Of a DNA stretch of 64,000 nucleotides, positions 9,318 through 19,182 are shown in pieces. The notes beneath the pieces are model-generated. The model saw nothing but the letters and a program-made list of their open reading frames with translations, was not told the DNA's origin and searched no databases. Made by a program: the position numbers and the translations under genes. The DNA is from an uncultured Oscillospiraceae bacterium (GTDB lineage: Bacteria > Bacillota > Clostridia > Peptostreptococcales > Anaerovoracaceae), in contig CAYJGJ010000004.1 in NCBI GenBank assembly GCA_964370025.1, positions 6,216-70,215 on the forward strand. The letters run 5' to 3'. How positions within the stretch are numbered: position 1 is the first letter of the stretch; each line of letters opens with the position of its first letter.

Positions 9318-12300
9318 TTATGAGACGATTTTTCGTATGCCTAATTTCGTTTTGTGACCGTTAATATCATAGGTGTCAAGTTCATCGTCTTGATCTGAAT
9401 CAGAAGTTTTTTCTATTGCAAGTGCCAAAGTTTCCTTCATAATATACTCGCTGTGTTCATTAATCGCTGTAGCAACATCGCTGTTTGGCGATATTGTTAT
9501 TTCGATATTATCAAGCATCTCTAATCCAATGCTTTTTCTCATTTGTTGCACTTTTGATATAATTTCTCTTGCTATTCCTTCATCAATTAATGTTGGTGTT
9601 AGAGTTGTATCTAATATTGTAAATATATTATTTTCCATAGCGACTGCTAGACCTTCTTTTGTGCTGATTCTTACATCCACATAGTCTTTTTCTACGTCGA
9701 AGTCCATACCGCCTAGAGAAATCTTAAGGGTTCCTTTTTCTAAGCTGTTGATGAAGTTAATAGCATCTACTTTTTCTAATTCAATAGCAAAATCTTTTAT
9801 ATGCCCACCGAAAACTTTTCCTGCCACTTTGAAATTAGGTTTTAGAGAAAAATTCATATATTTTTCCAAATCCTCATCAAATACTACGCGCTTAACATTT
9901 AATTCCTCGACTATTAGTGGAGATAAATCTTCGATGAGTTCTTTGAATTTTCCGTCGACAAGCACCTCGGATAGAGGTTGCCTAACCTTAATCTTTTCTT
10001 TTTCTCTAGTACCCCTTCCGAGTGTAACGAGAGTTCGTACGAGATCCATTCTCTCTTCTACTTTTTCGTCAATTAAGCCTAGGTTCTCCTTAGGGAAGTT
10101 TGCTAAATGTACAGTCTCCTCGCCAGTCAGATTTACATAGATTTCGTCCATGATAAATGGCGCGACAGGCGCTGCTAATTTGCATATTCCTACGAGAACT
10201 TCATATGTTGTAGCATAGACACTTTGTTTGTCTATATTCATTGACTCTCCGTAGAATCGTCTTCTTGCTCTTCGTATATACCAATTAGAGAAATCTTCAG
10301 AAACAAATTCCATTATTTCTCTTACTGTCTTCATATGATCATAATTGTCCATGTGTTGTGTGACATTTTTTATTAATTTGTTGTACTTTGAAATTATCCA
10401 TCTATCGAGTTCAGGTCTATCATCATACGGGATTTGAGAGAATAAATTATCAGATGAATTGGTCTTCTTGAAAGAAGATATGTCCAAATTATCCATGTTG
10501 GAGTACAGCGCAAAGAAATTATATACATTTCTCAAAGTACCAAAAAATTTGCTTGCCACATCTTTTAGTCCTTCTTTATCAAACTTGGTTGGCGACCATG
10601 CAGGAGAAACGCTAAGTAAATACCATCTCGTAGCATCTGCCCCGAACTCGTCGAAAAGTTCAAAAGGTGAAATCGTATTGCCCTTTGATTTTGACATTTT
10701 CTTGCCTTCTTTGTCCAAAATCAAGTCATTAACAAGTACATTGCGATAAGGAGCACTTCCTTTTATAAATGTGGATATTGCCATGAGCGAGTAAAACCAA
10801 CCGCGAGTTTGATCGATCCCTTCGCATATAAAGTCAGCAGGGAAAAATTTGCTATCAAAAATTTCTTTGTTTTCAAATGGATAATGTCTTTGTGCAAAAG
10901 GCATTGCACCAGAGTCGAACCAACAGTCCATAACTTCAGGGATTCGATTCATGGTAGAGGAACATTTTTCGCATTTTATGTGTACATCATCTACATATGG
11001 GCGGTGAAGCTCAAGCGTATCATCTATTTTTTCTATCGATTTACTAGCAAGCTCCTCTATACTTCCTATACATTCTAAATGTCCACATTCACACTTCCAT
11101 ATAGGGATAGGTGTCCCCCAATATCTAGATCTTGAAATAGCCCAGTCTTTGACTTCCGAAAGCCAATTTCCAAATCTCTTCTCTCCAATAAAATCAGGAT
11201 ACCAATTAACTTTACTATTGTTAGCGACTAGTTGTTCTTTTAGCTTGCTCATTTCAATATACCAGCTAGGATTTGCGTAGTAGATTAGAGGAGTTCCACA
11301 TCTCCAACAGTGTGGATAATTATGGAGTACCTTTTCTTTTGCAAATAGTTTGCCTTCTTTAGCAAGATATTTGATTATTTCTACATCTAGGCCTTCTTCC
11401 ATTACGAAAGAACCTTTCCATGGAGTGTCTGTATATTTGCCTTCGTCGTTTACAGGTTTTAAGACAGGTAAGTCGTATTTTCTTCCTGTTTGGTAGTCGT
11501 CTTCACCGAAGGCGGTTGCCGTATGTACTATTCCAGTTCCATCCTCTGTCGTTACATATGTATTACAAGTAACAAAGAAGGCTTTTTTGTCAGGCACAAC
11601 GAATGGCATAAGTTGTTCATATTCTATATATTCTAAGTCTGCACCTTTTACAGTTTCTACTACTTCATACTCTAAGCCAGCAAGTATCTTGTCAGCAAGT
11701 ACTTTTGCTAGAATCAAAATGTTTCCTTTTTCATCTCCGCTTAAAATCTTCGCTTTGATATAATCTACATCGGGGTGAACTGTTACTGCAACATTTGCAG
11801 CAAGCGTCCAAGGAGTAGTCGTCCAAGCTAGGAAGAAAGTATCCGGATTGCATGGGGCTGCATCAGATTTGACTTTGAATTTTGCAATCACCGTCATGTT
11901 CTTCACTTCTTTATACCCTTGTGCTACTTCGTGCGAAGCTAATCCTGTGCCGCATCTAGGGCAATAAGGAAGAATTTTATGTCCTTCATATATTAGGTTG
12001 CTTTTGAAAAATTCGTTAATTATCCACCAACAACTTTCGATATAGTCATTTTCTAATGTAATATATGGATCGTCCAAGTCTACGAGATATCCCATTCGCT
12101 CGGTCATCTCTTTCCACATCGCGGTGTATGTAAAAACAGAATCTTTGCATTTTTCATTGAACTGTTTTATTCCATATTTTTCGATGTCTTGCTTTCCACT
12201 CATTCCAAGTGTCTTTTCGACTTCTATTTCGACAGGGAGTCCATGAGTATCCCAGCCGGCTTTTCTATTTACTTGATAACCTTGCATAGTCTTATATCGG

Positions 12301-12503
12301 CAGATTGAGTCTTTTAGCGCTCTAGCCATTACGTGATGTATTCCTGGCTTTCCGTTTGCAGTAGGAGGTCCTTCATAAAACACAAAAGGCGTATTTCCAT
12401 CTCTTGTGCTTACACATTTTTTTAGCAAGTCGTCATTTTTCCATTTTTCGGCTTGCTCGTTTTGTACTTGAGCTATAGGTAATTCATTTAAATTTTTGAA
12501 CAT
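9318..12503 (-). CDS. ileS: Isoleucine--tRNA ligase (long, type-2-like form)
   Basis: HIGH-type PPTANGKPGIHHVMAR, KMSKSKGN, CP1 editing region. Length 1061 aa. Confidence 0.95.
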   Translation of the reverse strand: MFKNLNELPIAQVQNEQAEKWKNDDLLKKCVSTRDGNTPFVFYEGPPTANGKPGIHHVMARALKDSICRYKTMQGYQVNRKAGWDTHGLPVEIEVEKTLGMSGKQDIEKYGIKQFNEKCKDSVFTYTAMWKEMTERMGYLVDLDDPYITLENDYIESCWWIINEFFKSNLIYEGHKILPYCPRCGTGLASHEVAQGYKEVKNMTVIAKFKVKSDAAPCNPDTFFLAWTTTPWTLAANVAVTVHPDVDYIKAKILSGDEKGNILILAKVLADKILAGLEYEVVETVKGADLEYIEYEQLMPFVVPDKKAFFVTCNTYVTTEDGTGIVHTATAFGEDDYQTGRKYDLPVLKPVNDEGKYTDTPWKGSFVMEEGLDVEIIKYLAKEGKLFAKEKVLHNYPHCWRCGTPLIYYANPSWYIEMSKLKEQLVANNSKVNWYPDFIGEKRFGNWLSEVKDWAISRSRYWGTPIPIWKCECGHLECIGSIEELASKSIEKIDDTLELHRPYVDDVHIKCEKCSSTMNRIPEVMDCWFDSGAMPFAQRHYPFENKEIFDSKFFPADFICEGIDQTRGWFYSLMAISTFIKGSAPYRNVLVNDLILDKEGKKMSKSKGNTISPFELFDEFGADATRWYLLSVSPAWSPTKFDKEGLKDVASKFFGTLRNVYNFFALYSNMDNLDISSFKKTNSSDNLFSQIPYDDRPELDRWIISKYNKLIKNVTQHMDNYDHMKTVREIMEFVSEDFSNWYIRRARRRFYGESMNIDKQSVYATTYEVLVGICKLAAPVAPFIMDEIYVNLTGEETVHLANFPKENLGLIDEKVEERMDLVRTLVTLGRGTREKEKIKVRQPLSEVLVDGKFKELIEDLSPLIVEELNVKRVVFDEDLEKYMNFSLKPNFKVAGKVFGGHIKDFAIELEKVDAINFINSLEKGTLKISLGGMDFDVEKDYVDVRISTKEGLAVAMENNIFTILDTTLTPTLIDEGIAREIISKVQQMRKSIGLEMLDNIEITISPNSDVATAINEHSEYIMKETLALAIEKTSDSDQDDELDTYDINGHKTKLGIRKIVS

Positions 12504-12579
12504 AGTGTTTCCTTCTTTTGTTTTTAGGTGATTATTTATAATTTAATTCTGAAATAGCTTCAGCTAGGATAGCAACAGT

Positions 12580-12879
12580 TTAAAACTTGCTGGTTTCTAC
12601 TTTTAGGTAACGTTTTTTAGTTCTGTTTTCTATTCTTTTATTGCGAATCCATAAGCATGCATCGATAATTACCATCAGCATGTTCAAAATGTATAAATAC
12701 AGTAATATATCTTGATTATATAGAATTTTATGAGTAATACCGCAAAGGTAACCGAGAATAGTAATTATCAAGAAAACTATGCTTTTTCCTTTCGTAGAGC
12801 GGGCCTTATATGAATTATAAATAGATACGGGCCATGCTATACCAAAGCAAATTAACATCATTCCTTCAAAAATACTCAT
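12580..12879 (-). CDS. Small 3-TM membrane protein, possibly PQ-loop/SemiSWEET-like
   Basis: 99 aa with three hydrophobic helices. WPVSIYNSYKARSTKGKS resembles a PQ-loop motif. Family assignment is from memory only. Confidence 0.45.
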   Translation of the reverse strand: MSIFEGMMLICFGIAWPVSIYNSYKARSTKGKSIVFLIITILGYLCGITHKILYNQDILLYLYILNMLMVIIDACLWIRNKRIENRTKKRYLKVETSKF

Positions 12880-13354
12880 AATTCTATCTCCTTATTTTAT
12901 AATATATATTTTACACAAAAATGACATAAAAAGGAAGAGTTTTATTAAAATATATATTACATATGAATAAAATTGGAAAATAGAAAGCATTTGCACCAAC
13001 ATGAAAATATGACCCTTTTGAGGAATTAAGTGCCAGATGAATAATAAAATTATCGCCTCTTTTTATATAATGGATATTTCTGCATAATGTATAATGTGTG
13101 TTTATTGTGAAGAAATATGTATCTTTGTTGTATTGCTTGAAAATGCTTATAATCAGTGCTAAAATTGAGTGTAATGAAATAATTCTTAACGCACGAAAAG
13201 CACTACTTATGATTTTATATAGGAATGATAAACATCTGATCAAAAAGCTATTGGTGCTTTAGCTTTTTGATTTTTTATACTGTAGATATATTGGTAGCAA
13301 ATCGGCATCGTGCAACTGATTTTTGTAGTCGATATATGTGAAAGGAAATACAAT

Positions 13355-15157
13355 ATGAGCATAGATTATGCAAAAACAAAAGAAATGGAAATATCTAGAG
13401 CGCAAGACTGGATAAACGCCGTAGAAAACAGCAAAGATCCAACTCTGAAATACAAGAATATACGTCTTATCACCGACGTGAGACACATGTTTTCTGAAAG
13501 TGCTAAGCTTTATGCAGATAAAATCGCATTTATGCAAAAATTTGATCCAAGCGGAGAATACGAAAAAGTAACGTACAAGGAAATGTACGGTGATGTAAGA
13601 GGCTTAGGGACAGAACTTATAGCTTTAGGAAAAAAGGGCGAGAAAGTTGGAATTATTGGGGAAACTCGTTCGCAGTGGGAAATCACGTATCTTGCGGCGA
13701 TTTCATCGATCGGTGTGGTTGTTCCACTAGATAAGGAACTAAACGAGGAACAACTTGAATTTTTAGTTAAAGATTCTGGCATGTCAGTGGTGGCTTTTGA
13801 TAAGAAATTCGAAAAATTCTTTGCAGAATTAAAGGAAAAAGGCGAAACAAACCTTGATGTATTAATATGTCTTGATGAGTCAAAGTCAACGGACGTTAAA
13901 AACTTCCGTGAATTGATTGAAGCAGGAAAGAAAAAAGTAGAATCAGGAGACACTAATTTTGAAGATTCTGAAATAATTGCGGACGATTTAGCTGTTATTC
14001 TTTATACTTCAGGCACTACGGGAGTGTCAAAAGGTGTAATGCTTTCAAATACTAATATCGCCTATGACCTAATGTTGAGTCCTACTACGATGAGAGTATA
14101 TCCTGACGACGTATTTTTCTCGGTTTTACCTGTCCATCACTCATATGAAGCGACAGCTGGATTCTTGATGCCATTGTACTTAGGTTGTACTATTGCGTAT
14201 TGTGAAGGACTAAAGCATATAGTAAAAAATCTTGAAGAAGTTAAACCAACAATTTTGCTAGGAGTTCCTGCGCTAATTGAGACTCTTTACAAGAAGATAT
14301 GGAAAAATATTAGAAAACAAGGCAAAGAAAGTTTGATCAACGGAATGCTTAAAGCTGGAAGAGCAACTAAAAAAGTAGGATTTAATGTAAGTAAGCCATT
14401 TTTAAAGAAAATTACTGATTTGTTTGGCGGTAATATGAGATTAATAATCTCGGGTGGAGCTGCATGCGATCCAGTCATAATACAATTCTTAAATGATTTA
14501 GGTATGCTTTGTGTTCAAGGATACGGACTTACAGAATCGTCACCAATAGCCGCGCTAGTTCCAGACCATCCTAAGTATTACAAAAGTGATTCGGCAGGAA
14601 AACTATTGTTTGGAATGGAAGTAAAGATTATCAATGAAGATGAAAATGGAATAGGCGAAATATGTCTCAAAGGGCCAAACATCATGATGGGTTACTTTAA
14701 TAATGAGACGGCTACAGACGAAGTTCTTCAAGATGGTTGGTTCGCTACAGGAGATCTAGGATACATAGATGAAAATCAATTTATTTTCATAACTGGACGA
14801 CAAAAAAATGTAATTGTTACTAAAAATGGTAAAAATGTATTCCCAGAAGAAATCGAACACTATTTAAACAAGAGTCTATTTGTCGATGAAAGCTTCGTGT
14901 GGAGTGCAGATGTCGAGGGAGCAAATGATCTTAACATCTCGGCTACTATTATTGTTGACACAGAGGAAGTTTCTGCAAAGCTAGGAGAAGGCGCTGCTGA
15001 TGAAGCCGTAGAAAAGCTCATTTGGGAAGAAGTTGATAAAGTAAATGAGACTAACCCTGTGTATAAGCAAGTAACGAAAATGTATATTAGAAAAGAGCCT
15101 TTTATAAAGACTACTTCGAAGAAAATAAAGAGATTCGAAAAGGACAACAGGAAGTAG
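13355..15157 (+). CDS. AMP-dependent long-chain acyl-CoA synthetase/ligase
   Basis: AMP-binding motif LYTSGTTGVSKGVMLS, GYGLTESSP, TGDLGYIDENQFIFITGRQKNVI. ATG 13355 preceded by AAAGGAAA. The ORF-track start 13310 was judged too early. Confidence 0.85.
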   Translation: MSIDYAKTKEMEISRAQDWINAVENSKDPTLKYKNIRLITDVRHMFSESAKLYADKIAFMQKFDPSGEYEKVTYKEMYGDVRGLGTELIALGKKGEKVGIIGETRSQWEITYLAAISSIGVVVPLDKELNEEQLEFLVKDSGMSVVAFDKKFEKFFAELKEKGETNLDVLICLDESKSTDVKNFRELIEAGKKKVESGDTNFEDSEIIADDLAVILYTSGTTGVSKGVMLSNTNIAYDLMLSPTTMRVYPDDVFFSVLPVHHSYEATAGFLMPLYLGCTIAYCEGLKHIVKNLEEVKPTILLGVPALIETLYKKIWKNIRKQGKESLINGMLKAGRATKKVGFNVSKPFLKKITDLFGGNMRLIISGGAACDPVIIQFLNDLGMLCVQGYGLTESSPIAALVPDHPKYYKSDSAGKLLFGMEVKIINEDENGIGEICLKGPNIMMGYFNNETATDEVLQDGWFATGDLGYIDENQFIFITGRQKNVIVTKNGKNVFPEEIEHYLNKSLFVDESFVWSADVEGANDLNISATIIVDTEEVSAKLGEGAADEAVEKLIWEEVDKVNETNPVYKQVTKMYIRKEPFIKTTSKKIKRFEKDNRK

Positions 15158-15185
15158 TTTTAAATAGTTTAAGGAGAATGTAAGT

Positions 15186-16268
15186 ATGAGTTATCCAAAA
15201 ATTGAAATAAACTTAAACAGTTTAAGGCATAATATTAATCACATTCTGAAAATGACAGGGGAACTGGGTATCGATGTTGCTGGTGTAATCAAGGGCGTAA
15301 ATGGTATTCCCGAGTGTAGTCTAGCATATCAAGAATGTGGGGCAAAATACATATCTTCATCTCGTTTAGAGCATATAGAAGCAGCAAGAGAGGCAGGGGT
15401 AACTCTGCCTGCTTTGCTTGTTAGGATCCCTATGCTCAGTGAAGTAGAGAGAGTAATCGATCAAATAGACATGAGTCTGAATAGCGAGCTCATTGTCTTA
15501 AAAGAACTAGCAAAAGTAGCGTCTGAGAAAAAAAAGAAACATTCAGTAATATTGATGGCTGACCTGGGAGATCTGAGAGAAGGTTTTTTTGATTTAGAAG
15601 AAATAATTGCTACTGCGGAGTATGTAGAAAACGAATGTGAATATTTATATCTTGCGGGAATAGGAACAAACCTAGGCTGTTACGGTGCTATTGATGCAAC
15701 TCCAGAAAAAATGAATGAGTTAATAGCTATTGCAGAAAAAATTGAAGAAAAAATAGGAAGAAGGCTTGACTACATTTCGGGGGGCGGAACTACATCACTT
15801 CCAATGGTACGAAATAAAACTATGCCTAGTAGAATTAATCATCTAAGAGTAGGAGAAGGAATACTCGTCGCAGTGGATCTACCTAAGTATTGGGGTGTTG
15901 ATATGGGTGATATGAAAACAGATGTGTGTCGCCTGCACGCCGAGGTAGTAGAATTAAAAGTAAAACCCTCTCATCCCATAGGGAATATAGTGGTAGATGC
16001 TTTTGGTAATACCCCCACATATATCGATAGAGGAACGAGGGCAAGGGCTATCGTGGCAGTGGGTAAGGTCGATTATGGAAGTCCATCGGAAATATTCCCT
16101 ACTGAAGAGGGAATAGAAGTGATAGGAGCATCGAGTGATCATACGATACTAGATGTGGAAGATTTCAATGGAAAATTAAAAATCGGAGACATAATAACTT
16201 TTGATATCGATTATGCTTCCATAGTATATGTTACTAATTGCCCGGGTATCGCAATTTCGTTTGTATAG
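15186..16268 (+). CDS. Alanine/ornithine racemase family PLP-dependent enzyme
   Basis: N-terminal TIM-barrel pattern (EINLNSLRHNINHI...VAGVIKGVNG with the candidate PLP lysine) and C-terminal beta domain. The ornithine-racemase-like call is from memory. Confidence 0.65.
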   Translation: MSYPKIEINLNSLRHNINHILKMTGELGIDVAGVIKGVNGIPECSLAYQECGAKYISSSRLEHIEAAREAGVTLPALLVRIPMLSEVERVIDQIDMSLNSELIVLKELAKVASEKKKKHSVILMADLGDLREGFFDLEEIIATAEYVENECEYLYLAGIGTNLGCYGAIDATPEKMNELIAIAEKIEEKIGRRLDYISGGGTTSLPMVRNKTMPSRINHLRVGEGILVAVDLPKYWGVDMGDMKTDVCRLHAEVVELKVKPSHPIGNIVVDAFGNTPTYIDRGTRARAIVAVGKVDYGSPSEIFPTEEGIEVIGASSDHTILDVEDFNGKLKIGDIITFDIDYASIVYVTNCPGIAISFV

Positions 16269-16345
16269 GATACCTTGCGCAATAAGTGAATAACATCAAC
16301 CAATTAAATTAAACTAGATAAAATAGAATAAGGAGTAGACAAAAA

Positions 16346-17587
16346 ATGAGCCATTCAACTGAATTAGTCGACATGTATGTAGATTTGAATTTAGGGATTT
16401 ATAATTCAGCTAAATTTCATAAAGATATGCCGGAAATTGGGTTTAACAAATTGTGCATGACATCCGTGTTAAATGCAGATCTTTCTATATCTGCATACGG
16501 CGAAGAAGTATATTATGCTGGGTGCAAGGATGTATTGGAAAATGTCAAAAAAGGATTAGAACAGTTAGGGTTGTCAGAAAAAATACATCTTTATAGTTAT
16601 AATTACAGCAATTTTATATTAGCTGCTGGAGATAATATATCAAAAGAAGATTTCCTAGAGCTTATGAAGAGTTTCTATTTGCAGTTCGAATCTGCAGCAT
16701 CTGTGTCAGTTGACGTAAGTGCTGTGTCTCGATTTGCAGTCGTTTTGCAAGAAGATAGGTTAATTGAGCGTGCACTGCATACACTTTTAAATGCAAAAGA
16801 TACGCAAGAAAATTTCATTTTGACTCCAGAAATACTAGATGTAGCCGACTCTATAAAAAAAGATGCTAATATACTAGATTTGATTAATTTTGCAATGGAT
16901 GGAGATAGGGTGATTCCATACTATCAAGGAATTCGTAATAATAAAAGCGGAAAAATAGACAAATATGAAGCTCTCATGCGCTTGGTAGATAGCAGTGGGA
17001 AAATGTATTCTCCTGCGTCATTTTTGAATGTTGCAAAAAAATATAAGATTTATAATCGCTTGAGTCAGATTATGATAAAACGCGCAATAAGTGAATTTGC
17101 TGACAGGCAAGAGCAGCTATCTATCAATATCTCCGCATTTGACATTTCTAACGAATCTTTCAAAAAATGGTTTTGTCAGCTTCTTGAAAAATGTCCATAT
17201 TCTGATCGCATTGTTATTGAATTTGTGGAGACAGAAAACTACCAAAACGAAGAAATTTTATTTGAATTTATCGAAATAGTTAGAGGTTACGGTTGTCAAA
17301 TATCGGTGGATGATTTTGGTTCAGGATATGCGACGTACACAAGTATAATTTCATTGTCACCCACATTCATTAAAATCGACGGCACGATTATAAAAGATTG
17401 CGCAACGTCTGAAAATAATGTCATTATTTTAAGGTCAATCTGTTTTATGGCAGAATTAATCGGTGCAAAGACTATCGCGGAGTTTGTTGAAAATGAAGAA
17501 ATTCAAAAGGTGTTAGATACATATAATGTAGACTATTCTCAAGGATACCTTTATAGCTTGCCACGCGATATTAGTTCGCTTGAGTGA
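16346..17587 (+). CDS. EAL-domain c-di-GMP phosphodiesterase with N-terminal domain of unknown function
   Basis: EALMRL, IEFVETE, SVDDFGSGYA, IKIDG, AEFVENEE and QGY motifs in the C-terminal 230 aa. Confidence 0.85.
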   Translation: MSHSTELVDMYVDLNLGIYNSAKFHKDMPEIGFNKLCMTSVLNADLSISAYGEEVYYAGCKDVLENVKKGLEQLGLSEKIHLYSYNYSNFILAAGDNISKEDFLELMKSFYLQFESAASVSVDVSAVSRFAVVLQEDRLIERALHTLLNAKDTQENFILTPEILDVADSIKKDANILDLINFAMDGDRVIPYYQGIRNNKSGKIDKYEALMRLVDSSGKMYSPASFLNVAKKYKIYNRLSQIMIKRAISEFADRQEQLSINISAFDISNESFKKWFCQLLEKCPYSDRIVIEFVETENYQNEEILFEFIEIVRGYGCQISVDDFGSGYATYTSIISLSPTFIKIDGTIIKDCATSENNVIILRSICFMAELIGAKTIAEFVENEEIQKVLDTYNVDYSQGYLYSLPRDISSLE

Positions 17588-17651
17588 TTGAAGCAACTGT
17601 GTCTACTTAACATACATTAAAAAAGTGGAGTCTTATATTTTAGGAGAATAT

Positions 17652-19079
17652 ATGGATATTAGTTTAGGTGAATTTTATATAAAAATGGTTGAAAAATTAA
17701 GCGTGCTTAATGATGAAGGGGTATCGAAAGACAATTTCTTAAGTGACATATGTACGTATTTTGATATTTCCCATGCTTTTATTTATGAATCAAATTATAA
17801 AGGGGAATTCGAGAAAAAGGAATATTTTGAAACTACTAAAGACAACCATCTGCAAGATAATATTGATATTAAACTTCAACTGGGATTAGAAATATTTAGC
17901 GAACTATGTTCGAGGAAAGTAGTTATCAATTCTTGTGATTCAATATGGAATGAATTAGACGAAAAAATATCGGGAGTATTTAACTTTAATACTCTTGTGC
18001 TGATCCCAATATTGAATCAACACTTTGAATTGGCGGCTTTTGTTGGTGTCGGTGACCGTAGAAAGAAGGCTAGACATGCTTCGGCAGAGATTAATAATGT
18101 ATGTTCATTACTAAATTTATTGGCAAACAATGTTAAGCTCGAGATGTTTAAAAAAGGAATGGCAAATACTGAGGCTGCACTTTCTAATGTTCTTGACCAT
18201 ATTGGAATAGATATATATGTGAATGATTACTATACGCATGATATATTATATACTAACAAATCAATGGCGGCCCCATATGGGGGCATCGAAAATATGATAG
18301 GAAAAAAATGTTGGCAGGCGATTTTCGATGACAAAACTGAACCATGTGAGTTTTGCCCACAACCCAGATTACTTGATGAAAACGGAAACCTCAGTAAGAC
18401 ATATGAATGGGACTATGAGAGACCTTTTGATAAATCTTGGTTTAGAGTTTTGAGTTCATCTTTTCCATGGACCGATGGAAGAATTGCCCATTTAGTCGCA
18501 AGTATAGATATAACAGAGAGCAAGCGAAATCAACTGTTAATAGAAAAACTCGCACAATTTGACTACCTTACTGGACTTCCGAATAGAAGGAGTCTTCACG
18601 ATGATATACAGATGTTTAGTACAGATCATACCAAGTTTGCTGAGAGTTGGTATGTATTGTTTTGCGATCTTGATGGATTTAAATCTGTAAATGATACGCT
18701 GGGACACGATGCAGGTGATGTCCTTCTAAAAGGAATAGCGTCGGAACTTCAAAAAATGTCAAATGATGAATTAAAAGCATATAGGCAAGGTGGCGACGAG
18801 TTTGTTATTATATTAAAAGATCAGAATTCCGTGGAATACTTAAAAAATGTAATTGATGACTTGTTCAAGGTTTTTAGAAAAAAATACATATATAAGGGAA
18901 ATAAAATGGGTTGTGATTGCAGTATTGGAGTAGCAAATTTTCCGTTCGACGCGGATGATTCAAAAAAAATATTGATTCTAGCAGACATGGCAATGTATAG
19001 AGTGAAAAAAGAAGGACGAGGAACGGTCCGATTTTATAAGAATGATAAGTTTATTACTATGGAAGAATATTTCGAGTAG
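17652..19079 (+). CDS. GAF-PAS-GGDEF diguanylate cyclase
   Basis: AGGAGA RBS before ATG 17652. GAF-like N-terminus, PAS with C-x11-C-x2-C (KKCWQAIFDDKTEPCEFCP), LTGLPNRR and RQGGDEF active-site motif. Confidence 0.85.
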   Translation: MDISLGEFYIKMVEKLSVLNDEGVSKDNFLSDICTYFDISHAFIYESNYKGEFEKKEYFETTKDNHLQDNIDIKLQLGLEIFSELCSRKVVINSCDSIWNELDEKISGVFNFNTLVLIPILNQHFELAAFVGVGDRRKKARHASAEINNVCSLLNLLANNVKLEMFKKGMANTEAALSNVLDHIGIDIYVNDYYTHDILYTNKSMAAPYGGIENMIGKKCWQAIFDDKTEPCEFCPQPRLLDENGNLSKTYEWDYERPFDKSWFRVLSSSFPWTDGRIAHLVASIDITESKRNQLLIEKLAQFDYLTGLPNRRSLHDDIQMFSTDHTKFAESWYVLFCDLDGFKSVNDTLGHDAGDVLLKGIASELQKMSNDELKAYRQGGDEFVIILKDQNSVEYLKNVIDDLFKVFRKKYIYKGNKMGCDCSIGVANFPFDADDSKKILILADMAMYRVKKEGRGTVRFYKNDKFITMEEYFE

Positions 19080-19119
19080 AAAAAATTTATATAAACAAGT
19101 GGAATCTACATTTATTTTA

Positions 19120-19149
19120 TTGCTCAAACCTCGAATATCGTGATATAAT
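19120..19149 (+). promoter_or_regulatory. Candidate promoter (TTGCTC-18 nt-TATAAT with upstream TG) for the sensor GGDEF-EAL gene
   Basis: TTGCTC 19120-19125. TGATATAAT 19141-19149 is an extended -10, about 35 nt upstream of ATG 19183. Confidence 0.4.
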
Positions 19150-19182
19150 AAATTATAATTTATTATGGGGGAATAAACGGAG

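Noticed and set aside
9748-11078. Plus-strand ORFs of 89-130 aa inside ileS (9748-10140, 10459-10749, 10809-11078), and similar antisense ORFs inside most large genes
   Set aside because: They are fully embedded antisense to genes with unambiguous homology. They are Ser/Leu/Phe-rich low-complexity translations typical of the reverse frame of AT-rich coding DNA. They have no RBS and no recognisable motifs.
12911-13537. Minus-strand ORFs 12911-13243 (110 aa) and 13259-13537 (92 aa) in or next to the long intergenic gap
   Set aside because: Their composition is very AT-rich and Ile/Phe/Tyr/Asn-biased. They have no RBS and no motifs, and the second overlaps the well-supported acyl-CoA synthetase start. 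They are treated as non-coding promoter region.
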